DNA of 64,000 nucleotides from Paraphysomonas bandaiensis (Eukaryota; Protista; Chrysophyceae), in the NCBI GenBank assembly GCA_965644295.1, contig CBFFRP010000475.1, positions 62,001 through 126,000 on the forward strand, read 5' to 3'. The position numbers and the translations under genes were made by a program. Below, piece after piece: positions 22,201-35,900 of the stretch; positions within the stretch are counted from its first letter, which is position 1, and every line of letters begins with the position of its first letter. Under the pieces are notes generated by a model. That model was given only the letters and a program-made list of their open reading frames with translations, had not been told where the DNA came from and did no database searches.

Positions 22201-25200
22201 GGTAGTGAGTCACATGGCCCGATCTGAGAAGGCGATATAATCGATAATGTGGGAACAAGAGGCGTTTGCGGAGCATGTATTCTGATAGAGGTCAATGAAT
22301 TAAACTGCCACGTACTACACGCAGGACCGTTATTTAGCACTTTACATTTAGCTCGAATCTTATTCGCTTGCAGTGTAATTACATCAGACACACCAACAAC
22401 TCCACTCGCCCCAGGATATATCGACACTCTTGAATCATCAACCCATAAGCATCTCGTGTCCTTCTGAATTCCCGGAAACGAAAACACATCAATGCAGTTG
22501 AAATTATTGGTATATCCTGCACGATTGGTGGGTGCATCAAACAGCAGTGTTATCTTAGTTCCATCATTAGAAAACGTCGCTGATCTCAATACTGGAACCG
22601 CAGGTTCCGCATCAACAGCAAGCACAGTGATAAAACTTGCAGGAGTATAGGAAATGACATAATCATTTGCTGATAATCCCGACATTGTAAATGCCAAGTC
22701 ATACACACCAGCGTTCTGGCGAATATACGCCACATACTCAACAGTAGATGAAGTGAAAACCACAGACGATGGGACAAACGGATATACTGTTGAGTTTTGA
22801 AAGGCAGCCAACGATACATTCAAGTCATTGGGTACTACATCACCAGCATCGAGCTTCAATGCAACTGCCGTGTCTTCTACACTCGAGTACGAAGTCGCAA
22901 TCAATTCAACATTGAAGGTTCGGCAGCATGCCGTCCTTGCCGCTGATTTGGTCCCACGCATTAGATCATAATCCATTGGTGTATCTAGTGCAGAGTATGT
23001 AGCACAGTATACATCATAATCTGAAGACGCAATTAAACCCTCGATGATAAATGATACAGTCGTGGAAGTTATCGATATCAAATCATTGCGAAGAAGAAGA
23101 GTATCAACAGTAGACGGAACAAATGAATCCGATGCTAAGTACGCTGAGCAAACGAGAGATCCTTCCGGTACATCGACAGCCACTGTGGCTGTAATCGAGT
23201 TAGTTGTGCTGGATACAGTTACGCTCAATATATCAGATGCCACTGATAACTCGGTAAATTCTATGTGCAATATGTTTAATATTGTAGGAAACAGGGGGGT
23301 TTCAACCTCATTACATGGACTATCGTATATGATCGCAGATGGTTTAACAGTTGATGGTGTGCACGGAGAGGCGGTACAGTTCGCACACATGAATGCAGAA
23401 GTCAGGCTCCCACAACGGCCCACCATCCAACTCGTATCATGACACTTGAAAGATATGGATGAAGACACGGTTGCCTTGGACACTGACATAAGTGTAGTCA
23501 CAATATCAGCAGCAGTTGCACTATCGTTACAAGTCACAGTCACTGATTCCAGGTCAGCTGAATAGTCTACTGTCGATATCATACTGAGAGTAGAAGCTGT
23601 ATAGGTAATCAACGCTGTCGCAATATCGTCATTGACGAAAACTTCCCACTCGCCACATGTGCCATACCCGCGTTCACCTTTGACTACTAAGCTCGCAAAT
23701 GTACTTCTCGCTCCCAGATCAATGCCATTGATATATGCATCATATTTCTCTTTCCACAGAGTCATGAATGATATCGACGGAGATAGAGAAGGTACAAGTG
23801 TAGGACTCATGGAGAGTGTTGGTGGTAAAGTTGGATAGTGAGTAACTGTAGGAACTGGCGCGCATGTTGGTCGGTATGTTGGAAATGATGTCGGTACCTT
23901 AGTAGGAATATTAGTTGGTGAAGATGTAGGAAGTCTTGTAGGTGATGTTGTTGGTTTCGATGATGGCACTGAGGTGGGGACAACGCTTGGACTCTCTGTA
24001 GGACCAGAGGTAGGAATTGAAGTTGTAGGTGTAACAGTTGGAAATGACGTCGGAATCAACGAAGGACAGCACGTTGGATATCCACTGGGCATTGCAGTCG
24101 GTGTCGTGGTAGGAGATGACGATGGTATCATGGTGGGAAAATCAGTGGAAAATGACATTGGCGGCATAGTGGGAAAACAAGTTGGATGAGGCGTTGGATA
24201 AAACATTGGATGAACAGTGGGATAAGAAGTTGGATTATGAGTTGGAAATGATGTAGGTGGCATAGTGGGATAACAGGTGGGATAAAAACTTGGATGAACA
24301 GTGGGATAAGAAGTTGGGTAATCAGTTGGGAATGATGTTGGATGTAAAGTAGGATAAGACGTTGGGTAATCGGTTGGGAACGATGTCGGTGGCATAGTGG
24401 GATAACAGGTTGGGAATGACGTTGGATAGAAACTTGGGTGAACAGTGGGATAAGACGTTGGGTAATCAGTTGGGAATGACGTTGGATGAACAGTGGGAGA
24501 AGAAGAGGGGTAATCGGTTGGGAACGATGTCGGTGGCATAGTGGGATAACAGGTTGGGAATGACGTTGGATAAACAGTGGGAGAAAAAGTTGGGTAATCC
24601 GTTGGGAATGATGTTGGATGTAAAGTAGGATAAGACGTTGGGTAATCGGTTGGGAACGATGTCGGTGGCATAGTGGGATAACAGGTTGGGAATGACGTTG
24701 GATAAACAGTGGGATAAGACGTTGGGTAATCCGTTGGGAATGATGTTGGATGTAAAGTAGGATAAGACGTTGGGTAATCAGTTGGGAATGACGTCAGTGG
24801 CACAGTGGGATAGCAGGTTGGGAATGACGTTGGATAAACAGTGGGATAAGAGGTTGGATAATCAGTTGGGAACGATGTCGGTGGCATAGTGGGATAACAG
24901 GTTGGGAATGACGTTGGATAAACAGTGGGATAAGAAGTTGGGTAGTCGGTTGGGATTGATGTCGGTGACATAGTAGGATAAGACGTTGGGTAATCAGTTG
25001 GGAACGATGTCGGTGGCATAGTGGGATAGCAGGTTGGGAATGACGTTGGATAAACAGTGGGATAAGAAGTTGGGTAATCAGTTGGGAATGACGTTGGATG
25101 AACAGTGGGATAAGAAGTTGGGTAATCAGTTGGGAATGATGTTGGATGTAAAGTAGGATAAGATGTTGGGTAATCAGTTGGGAACGATGTCGGTGGCATA

Positions 25201-26807
25201 GTGGGATAACAGGTTGGGAATGACGTTGGATGAACAGTGGGATAAGAAGTTGGGTAATCAGTTGGGAATGACGTCGGTGGCATAGTGGGATAACAGGTTG
25301 GGAATGACGTTGGATAAACAGTGGGATAAGAAGTTGGGTAATCAGTTGGGAATGACGTTGGATGTAAAGTAGGATAAGACGTTGGATAATCAGTTGGGAA
25401 TGACGTCGGTGGCACAGTGGGATAGCAGGTTGGGAATGACGTTGGATAAACAGTGGGATAAGACGTTGGATAATCAGTTGGGAACGATGTCGGTGGCATA
25501 GTGGGATAACGGGTTGGGAATGACGTTGGATAAACAGTGGGATAAGACGTTGGATAATCAGTTGGGAACGATGTCGGTGGCACAGTGGGATAACAGGTTG
25601 GATAAGACGTTGGATAAACAGTGGGATAAGAAGTTGGGTAATCGGTTGGGAACGATGTCGGTGGCATAGTGGGATAAGACGTTGGATAGAAACTTGGGTG
25701 AACAGTGGGATAAGAAGTTGGATAGTCGGTTTGGATTGATGTCGGTGACATAGTAGGATAAGACGTTGGGAAATCAGTTGGGAACGATGTCGGTGGCACA
25801 GTGGGATAACAGGTTGGATAAGACGTTGGATGTAAAGTAGGATAAGATGTTGGGTAATCGGTTGGGAAGGATGTCGGTGGCACAGTGGGATAACAGGTTG
25901 GGAATGACGTTGGATAAACAGTGGGATAAGAAGTTGGGTAATCAGTTGGGAATGACGTTGGATGAAAAGTAGGATAAGAAGTTGGGTAATCAGTTGGGAA
26001 TGACGTTGGATGAAAAGTAGGATAAGACGTTGGATAATCAGTTGGGAACGATGTCGGTGCCACAGTGGGATAGCAGGTTGGATAAAACGTTGGAAAATGA
26101 GTTGGGATTGAAGTTAGTTGCGTAGTAGGGGATAGAGATGGCCTCACAGTCAGAATCTCAGTGGGGAAAGAAGTTGGTGGCGTAATAGGATAAGAAGTTG
26201 GAAATTCAGAGGGGAATGAAGTTGGAAAATCAGTGGGGAATGACGTCGGCGACGAAGTAGGAGATGTAGATTGTATTGTAGTCGGAATCTTAGTAGGGGA
26301 TAAAGTTGGTGGCGTAGAAGGATAATAAGTTGGATGAACAGTAGAAACAACAGTAGGATAAGAAGTTGGAAACTCAGAGGGGAATGAAGTTGGAAAATCA
26401 GTGGGGAATGACGTCAGCGACGAAGTAGGAGATGTAGATGGTATTGTAGTCGGAATCTTAGTAGGGGATAAAGTCGGCGACATAGTGGGATAACAAGTTG
26501 GATTAACTGTAGGAACAACTGTATGTTCAGAAGTTGGTGACATAGTGGGATAACAAGTTGGATTAACTGTAGGAACAACTGTATGTTCAGAAGTTGGAAA
26601 TTCAGTGGGGGATGAAGTTAATGGCGTAGTAGGATACTTAGATGGCATCCTAGTCGGGCTGTCAGTGGAAGCTAGTGCATTCTTCGTAGTATGAATTAAA
26701 GGCGTTAGTGTTGAATGTAATTTAGATGAAGGTGTTGTACAGCCATATTGTTCAGTATATGACAGCATCCATATGAATATGAGTGTATTGCAGTGATGGG
26801 TCCTCAT
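16259..26807 (-). CDS. Gene 2: paralog with Tyr-rich PTSY/PTDY/PTSF/PTCY stalk and no head domain; join(18008..26807, 16259..17952), about 3497 aa
   Basis: Same leader as gene 1 and a near-identical REJ/EGF/GPS/TM base, with the same 55-nt intron. The C-terminal ~45 aa are lost through a 2-bp frameshift near 16268. Confidence 0.85.
23945..26660 (-). repeat. Coding 12-bp tandem repeat stalk of gene 2 (PTSF-PTDY-PTSY-PTVY/H-PTCY-PTMP)
   Basis: Visible gttgggaatgacgttggataaacagtgggataagaagttgggtaatca arrays and the translated ORF; 60-bp and 180-bp internal duplications near 26190-26600. Confidence 0.9.
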
Positions 26808-26912
26808 AACCCTCTCACACTTCACACTTCACACTTCACTTCACTTCTATCTAACCACACATCACACACTCCATATCCATATGAATATACAGTATGCACA
26901 TATTCAGGTACT
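26755..26912 (-). promoter_or_regulatory. Shared promoter/leader cassette (copy 2 of 3)
   Basis: Near-identical to 13857-14013 and to the reverse complement of 54266-54428. Confidence 0.7.
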
Positions 26913-27699
26913 AGTATTGGTTGGGTTTGTGGGATATGATAGTAGCATTGCTAGTATATTTATGTAGAGGTGCAGACAACGCATGTGAAAAAAATGTGAC
27001 GCTGGGTTCCCTTTTTTACGTGCTGTACGTACAGCAGAGTACAGGTGTCTGCCTAAATCTAGAAAATGCCAACTAGAATCATAAAAATCTGGGTATTTAT
27101 GCACACTACAACCATACAGCAGAATTTCGTATCGGCATCCTTTGTGTCTTTTTGTTCAAAAATGCCTCTAATATTGAGACAATAACTATCTGTATTCCAG
27201 CCGTAGTTGTATTGCAGTTATATAGAAGATATTTGCTTCAATTTATTCCCGAAAACAATGATGCTAACTACCGAAATGTTCTCACAATGGAACTTAAGGA
27301 GATCATATCCATAACAAGTTTAACATAATAAGACATGGATAGTTTCCAATTACCCTCTGGATATGGATCAAACAGTCTACTATCATCACCACCGCATAGA
27401 TACAAACTATCAGATCAATATCAAGAATTAAATTTAGAGTAATGAGCATAAACTCTTGATAACTACCCGTAGAGGTTCTGTTGAGTAGTAACTGAGTATA
27501 CTTCCTTTGTACCTATAATCACCCGTTACACCTATAAATGGTTTCACCTATTGCACACTATTAACTCACTTCAATTTCACAATCTATGTCGCATCATACT
27601 GCATAACTCAACGAAGATATGCGCCAAAAAGTAGCTGTACAGTGTGTGAACATTGTTTAGTTTCTTTGGAGAATAGAGGAGATACTACATCTTACAAAC

Positions 27700-27810
27700 C
27701 AGGGCTAGGGAACAATATATAGTAATACTATTGTTAGATAAGAGATAGCACCTCACCGATAATATTTATGGAGTTTTTAAGCTGACCCAACAATACTATT
27801 GCAATATAGT
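27700..27810. mobile_element. hAT-like transposon end or MITE remnant
   Basis: CAGGGCTAGGGAACAATATAT.G.AATACT.TTGTTA is shared with 52749, where it abuts a hAT-like transposase remnant. A partial inverted copy (caacaatactattgcaatata) lies at about 27788-27808. Confidence 0.5.
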
Positions 27811-27889
27811 AGTATAGTTATTCAGCAATTAAACACTTTTGTATCAAATGTGCAGCCAACAAAATATAGCCCAACAAGAAGTTACACCT

Positions 27890-29322
27890 TTTTAGCTTGC
27901 ACCCCGCTCCATGGCTCTGTTGTGGTCGTGTTTGCATCACAATTGCTGGTCTTGCCTGAATTTGACGCGCCTCACCCGGTCTCAGTCGATATTTGCACTC
28001 CACCCCCACTCAAATGAAAACCTCTTTAGCTCATGTTGTCCACGCTACACTACCCCTTTACCAGCCTTCAGTTGCCCCATTGCCCACACTCTTAAAGTTA
28101 CATCACGCGCATGCACTTCTGCAGTGACGCAAACTCTCTTACCCTATCACTCTGGTAGATACCATATCTCACCTCCCCATTATCTATCGCTACATACTCT
28201 CCTGCTCCCTCATTGGAGGCAGATATGTACTATCCAAGACCCCGGACTCCAATCACTACCCCCTGTTCCCTACTAAACCCCACAAGTCCTATAAATGCTC
28301 CAGTTAATAGCATCCACACGAGCCCTATATCAATGGACTTATCCCTGCATATCAGCTCAAACACTCCACCTCACAGGCCCAAAACTATCAACTGCGCTCT
28401 CTGTCCAACATTCATATAACCCCACTGCACTGTCCCACACACGCACCTGCTCCTTACATTCCACCTCCTCGAAACCTCCAACCAAACTATCTCCTCTCCT
28501 TTCGTCTCTGATCCCTTGCCATCACCTCTCTTCTGCACACACCCTATGCCTCAGCCTGTACCCCCCTGCACTAACACAGACACTAAGGGCAGCTGAGGAT
28601 GTGTGAGTCTCTCCTACAGACCATCATGCTCAGCTCGTGCATAGATCTATCATAGTACTCGACCATGGTGACCCTTGTGCTATTGCGAAGTACTACATTC
28701 CTCAATCTCATGTTGTCTCTCTTGTACCATCACACTTCCTATCGACTCCCTGTTGCTGGATACACCGGAGAACCCTCGTATCCCACTGGTGTCCAACTAC
28801 ACACTCTCTTCCATGTGTTCTTTGCTACCGGCTAAGACAGCAAAAGAGCCGATTCCGACGCTACTTCACGGTAGATCAACACCTTTTGCAAGACCTTCAG
28901 CCACTTGGCACAATGCCTAAGGGAAGGCCACCAGATCGCCAAACTCAGAAGGGTTTATTGCTGCTTCCCCTGGTTGCCGTGAGGCACATAAGGCAGTCCC
29001 AGATGCAAGCTGCACAAAATGTATGTGTAGTCTTAAGCGTTTCAATGTGGTAGTAGTTGACTTAGATCACTGCTTTCACTTGTCATTCTGTACGTTGTAC
29101 AACGTCCCTAATACACATCTATCATATAGCGATAATGGTCGCATCTTGGTGCTTGCGGCGACGCACAAGCAGTTCTCGTAGCGTTAAATAGTAGGATACA
29201 AGAGTTAGCACTAGTTAGTAAATGGTAGATGCTTATCTAGCTCGACCAGTTTGTCCATCTAGCTACTAAGCTGGTGCAGATTTATAACGCCTATTGCTAA
29301 AAGTAAGACTTTCAATATATAA
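27890..29322 (+). mobile_element. Degenerate retroposon-like (non-LTR) element, longest copy; left boundary approximate
   Basis: 28450-29320 is homologous to the reverse complement of 45137-46095 (QQKSRFRR.FTV, LGTMPKGRPPDRQ in both). The 3' ~190 bp is also at 44386-44572. C-rich strand, broken frames; no RT motif seen. Confidence 0.55.
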
Positions 29323-29912
29323 CTAAACTCACTACGCTGTTAGACAAAGACTACCTACTGCTAAGCTATTCAAAACTTCCTTCTATTCATTCTCTGAACC
29401 ATCACATTCATTCAAAATTAATCGAAATATGCATCCTGCAACAAGTGTCGATTAACTTTCATAAACAATATTATAACATCAAGTGTTGTAGGATGCATAT
29501 TTTTGCGCAGCAGCACTTCAAGTACAAGGTGAACGACAAAAGACTGAACAAACTCTACTCATAAAAACACGACAAATATTTACAATTACATAAGTAATTT
29601 ACATCTATCATTTATGTACGAACTAAAAGAGTAACAGTATCAGCTTGCTGTACTTCACTACATTTGACATGCCATTACAATCACTGATTTGTATAATTCC
29701 ATATCACTACGTAAAAAACACAACTATTAATGGCACAATAATGTATCTTCCAGTACCACGCTACACTTATATCCTTGCATAGAATAAACACTAAAAGCTC
29801 GGGAACTGTCACACAACTTCATCGACGACTGACGTCGTTGAAACTCGTAAAATGACTAGTGCCTTCACTCTCATAACGAGCGTCAGATGCGACAAAATGC
29901 TAGGTGAATGGC

Positions 29913-32900
29913 TCAAAAGTCATCTTCCCACTGTATTTCCTCCATTTCATTGCCGAAACCCTCAACCCCTGTCTCATTATCAGTTGTCGCGATGGTATTA
30001 TCTCCACTGTTTGAACAGCTCTCAATTGCATCTTTACCGAGTACCCACGCATCAGTAACAGGTCTCTGGTCTACATATTCACCCGACGAATAATTTAATT
30101 CCTCGAATTCAATTTTCCCTTCATTGTGATTAAAATCGCCAGAGTTCGACCCTCTCACGCAGTGTGTTGACATATCGACCTGCTTGTGGCTTTCTTGGAT
30201 TTCTCTCCAACTTCCAACATGTTGTAGCTTTTCCAACCACTCCAACATGATCCGGTCATCAAAATCTGAGCCATCTACCGCACCAGGCCATCGCAACCCA
30301 TTCTGCAGCATGCATATCGAATCAGGATCATATTCATCACTATCCTCCCACGACACAAGTCCATCATGCCCTGTTCCAATATCAGATGAAGCTGAAGAAC
30401 ACTCACTCGAATGTGCATGCGCACAACCGTCACCTACAACCGTGCACTCATCTTCACAAGTTGAAAAAGACGAACATCTCCGTATCCATTTAGTAACCTC
30501 GTTCGACGGAGGACGGGACTCTTTCTGTACCCTACTGATACTACACTTCGCCTGCTCCTTATCGAAATTGTTCACAGTATCAGCAGGATGCACACGATGG
30601 GATGATACCGTCGGCCGGCCAACTGAAATACTCTCGCTGGATGGAAGCGAGCCTGCAAAATCTAATCGAGTTGATCCTCTTCCCGAGATCGTCAAAAAAT
30701 GAAGTATGATCACAACAGTCACACATGGAACAAAGGCTAACACTGGATTCAGCCTGAAAAGTTGTACGTGTAAGACAATTATATAACCCAACCCAAAAGT
30801 ACTGACAATCTCCAGGGCCATGTCTTGAATCGGTTCAGGCAGCTCAATCATACTCGTAACCGCAAATAACAGCACTCTACTAAAGGCTTGGGTCAAAAAC
30901 TGAAATTTCGTATCATAATTACGCTCCATCGATCGGGCCTTGGTCTTCACTGATTTCTTCGGCCACGGTGTAGAATATTGCATAATTAGTCTACTCTCTG
31001 GAAGATTCGGATACAATGACGCCAATCTAACGGAGGGGTAAAGATACCTAGCAGCGTTGAATTCGTCATCAGAAGGACTCAAAAGAGAACTACAATTTTT
31101 CGAATTTTGTTTGAATGAAACTATATCATGAGTCACTTTCTTTTTAATCTTCATGACATCTTTCATTGTCATAAAGGGAATGGCAATATGTTGAATAATT
31201 ACCATACCGGTACATACAAGTGTTATATTAAATATAAGCCACACAACAAAACTGTAAAACCAAGCCTTCTGTCGAGTCTCTGTTTGTCGCATTGCAAATA
31301 GGTATATATACAGCAACATCGCAGCCGCCACCACAGTCAAAAAAATCCATGTGCAAACTTTCGCAAATAATGTGGCCCTTCTCTTTGGGGCACTATCACG
31401 GCGATCTTTAGCATCCAATATCTGACCATTTGCACTGTCCATAAGATCCTTGATAAAGAGGTAAACTAATCTCTTGTTCTTATTTTCTCTATTTATACTT
31501 GGATTGCCAAAATATACAGATTCGCGCTGTACAATCTTACGAACATTACTTAACTCGGAGAGGATCATTGCTTGTCCAGAGTTTTCGGAATGATCAGTAA
31601 AACAAACGAATAATTTCGTCAGCTTCAAAATCATGCTATTTTTGACATCAGCAGTCAGTTCTTCGCCCCAAACACCTACAAACATAAGCACAATCAACAA
31701 AATATACACCACGCCAAGAAAAAAACTTACAATCAAACTCCTCCCGCTCAGAATCCGTTAGTGTACTTCGAAATCGTCTGATATCGTTCAAAAGACGGGC
31801 AAAATCCTCATGAAGAGTAGAGTCACATACATAACCAGAAATTTCAACCTTAGGAACAGTGCTATTATATGATGTCGAACTCTCAATATGTGCTGAGTCA
31901 CAACTGTCTCCACGTTCCAGTGAGCTAACTCTTGACAATTGTCTTCTCCGCTTTGATATGCCCTCCTGTCTTGTCTCAGCCGACAAAATGAACATAATTA
32001 GACTTTGAAATGATATCGCTATCGGTGTACTGATGACTGCTGCAAATAGTGCTACTATGAGGACACGCTCGAAGTCGTTACTTATTGGTCGAATGTAGCA
32101 ACTGTCTTCCACACCATCCCAATAACACTTACTCTCACTTCTAGACAAAGATGACTTCTCTTTCAAGCACTCTTCACTGTTAGTGTAGGTTTCACACGAA
32201 CCATCATCAGGATCAGCGATGTCATATGTGATGGCCTCAATGAAGAGCATCGTGAGAATGTTCATAAGAAGAGACATGATACGGATAGGACGTGAATATG
32301 TCGGAGAATAATGACATACCACTCCGATCCAGCGGTGATATATCTGCACTTCATTCGACACTTTCTTCCAGAGTGGAACTCGTCTCAATACCATCGGAAG
32401 TGCATCTTCAATCATCTGAACATCTTTACTACTACCAGAATTTTGAACTCTCACTTGCGCCAACTTTGCCCTACCAACTTGCGGCTGTACAGTTGCATTG
32501 CTGACAGACCGAAACACACGTGCCATTATCGCATCCGTTAAGGAATTTGATTTGGTTATTAGCTGTCGACCACTTCTACTGCTACTGGGAGTAACTCTAT
32601 TACTTCGTGATAAAAGCGATGACATCTTGTGAATGTTTTCTCTTTCTATACTCTTCATAAAATCCTTTTCAGTGGCTTTATCATGATTGTCCAAGTGATA
32701 GGCACCTACAACAGAGAATATTCCGAAAAGACCTATGAACCCAACCGTGAGTAGAACACGAATACTTCCCACAACATCATGGCCACTCAAATCATCTACA
32801 CTTGTCCATGTATCCACAAACTCAATCAGTATAGAACGACTCACTGAAGCAAAGTCAACAGACACCGCACTGTCGTCAGATGACTCTGATTCCTGCATTC

Positions 32901-35900
32901 GTCGTCGCTGCCTCTCCAAAGGAATCGCGCATTCACATGTTATATTGGAGCCAGTATATTCTATCAAAGAGCATGATACACTGTCGTCTCCAATAGCATC
33001 ACACGTAACTGAGAAATCATGAACAGGGCATGAACGGGATACAGTTCCTGATGAAGACCCGTTACATGATAGAGTGATAATATCTCCTGCCGGACATTCG
33101 TACTCTTGCGATATCAGTTCTCCTTTCTCACAATCTAAATAGAGAGTATCGATATCACTGCCATCAGACACATGGTTCTCGGGGATGCTCTTCACATTTT
33201 GTAAAACAACAGTCACGTTACACGCATCAAACGAAGACGTATTGCAGGGGGACTCATCAAAGCGAAGACCAAAAGGAACACTTAAAGTATATGTATCATT
33301 ACTGAAGTGAGACACCAAGGATTCAACAACAGCAACTTTAAACGCAGTTTGATACGCACTCTGAGGTACCACTGCAGTTTGAGAGCTCGAGCCTACCAAA
33401 TCTTCAAGAATCGTTCGAGGTGAGGTAACAGTCAAATTGCGCCGTCCATCTAGAGACAAACATGAAAAGCGAAACAAATTATTCACTACATCAATTGAGT
33501 TCTGTCCTTCAACCATATCCAGCAAGATGAAGTCGTAATAGGCTTGATATAATACAAAGGATGTTCCCCCGACTGATGGGTCGGCATCAAGAACTAAGTC
33601 TAGAACAGCGCTCACTGCAGTGATGTCTTCATAAGACAAGCCAAGGTCAATGGCATCTGCAATGAACTCCACTGCCATAGATGCTACCAAATCTTTCGTT
33701 TTATCCTCAATACCACTTGGATCGCTGCATATTGAGGCCAAACCTTCTATCCAAGAGACAAGAGTATCTGCTGACGGATCTTCCAGAAGCGACACACTAC
33801 GAATCGCTTCCGCAAGCTGATGTCGTGTTTGTAAAGTCTGATTAAATTCATCTACGCTGTACTCACACGACTGACCAGTGAAGCCATCGTAACAAGCACA
33901 GATGGCTTTACAGTGAACACTCAGCACATTGCAAGTGGTGTACGTGACATTGGCGTCGTATACAGACACATATTGGCAATATCCAGAATACGAACAATCT
34001 CCTGGACAGTCCTTAGGCATGACAACGCATACATTGGAATCGCATACTTCCCACTGCGTCGAGTCACAGTCGCTGTTTCGGGTGCACGATGTCGGATTTG
34101 ACGATCCCATTGAAAGGCGTCTTCTCGTATCATCGCTCAAGTGTAAACAGTACGTATTCGCATGACCACTTTCTCCAGTGTACCCTTCCAAACACTCTCC
34201 ACATGTACTCGCAGTTGTCGTGCAGTCAAATCTATTCAGATTAGTACAGTTAGGCGCGGAAGAGCAATTCACACTGTTTAAAATTGAGGCTGTGGTTGCA
34301 ATAGCTTTTTTCATCTCATCAGCATAGCCATTGGAGTTTGCAAGGGCATCTGTGAGATAGTTTTGTTTGTCCTCTGCAGAAAGTTCCTGCATCTTTACCT
34401 CCACAGAGCTATAGGAAGCAATCTTGGCGTCAAGAATGTCAAAAACTTGCAATCTCGTGCTAAGCATGAACTCCGCAGAATCCTTCCCCGCAGGCAAATC
34501 TGTAGACACATAAGAGAGCTCCAACCGAGACCGGTGAACAAGATATGCTCCAGATGAGCCTTGATATGCGAATTCGTAAGATAACGGAATATCAGAATCT
34601 TCCCACTTTGAAGCCGAAAATGTGAATTCCGTGACAAGCATGGTCCCTGTAGATGGTGAAACAGAGTAGCTACCCGGATATGGAGGAGAATTGGTCGATA
34701 TCGTAATGGCAGCAGTCGCAGAGTACCCCGTGTCTAGGCTGCATGCAAGTCGGAAGCTAAACTTCGACTCCTGGGGTAAAGTGTTTGGTGGTAACACCAG
34801 ACTCAATGTATACACTTCCCGAGAAGACGCTGGAGTTGCTATCGCTTTCGTCACTTCGGACAGTGAAACCGATTGCAGATGTATTGATGGGTCGTCAACA
34901 GACCAAGTTGCTGTACCACCAGCGGCAACTTCCACGGTGGCAAGTAGTTTGAACTTCTGAGAGGGATTGATTCGAGTCCCGCTTGATGATGAAAGTGTCA
35001 CCAATGGGGCCAGTGATGGAAGTACAGTGATTATAACTGTTGCAGTGGAAGATCGAAAATCTTTCGTGTGAACAACTTTCACTGTCAGCTGGTGCACGCT
35101 ATCAATCATCTCATCGCTGGAATTCTGAGGTACAGATACTGACACCTGTGATGGTGAAATAGCTGATATAACCAGGTCGCTGTTGGCTTTGTATGACGGA
35201 TAGGTTTGTGCACAGCTGAAGGCAAACGACAATCCAGCACCGACACCTGTGGCTTCGTTATTATCTTCATCGTAGCTACCAGACGCATCCACATTTACTG
35301 AGCTATCCGTTCGAACACCCCTACTAGATGATCCAGACACCTTCGCAACGACCAACCCTTTGACTACTGTCACAGAAACCGAGGCAGAGGAATACTTCAA
35401 CGACTCCGTGTGTTGTGCTGTCAGGGTTACAGTATACACAGTCCCCACTTCCAGAGTGTAAGGCAACAACTTGAACGTCCGCGGGTCGCTCGATTGAGAA
35501 ACTAAGCTGAGAGGGGTCCCTTGTGCAAATATTTTCCAAGAATATTGTATATTCGCAGTGCTGGTCGCCCCACCACATATGGAGGTGTACGCTTGACCAG
35601 TGACTGATAGCGACGTATATCTGTACTGCAACCTCAGCTTCTTAGAATTCAAAGATACGACAGGAACATTCTCAGATGAAGAAACAACAAAAGAGTGCGT
35701 TGACCTCCCACAGCCACCGATAAAATTGCACATAACTACTGTTATACTGTATGCGAATCCAGGATACAGTAAGGCCTGTGGCACTGTTAAGACGCCTGAT
35801 GCTTCGTAATTGGCGTTTAAATAGGTAGTGACCAAGGAAACATTCTCGTGAATTCCATAAACATTAAACGACACATTCACAAAGGAGCGCCCTCCAGAAC

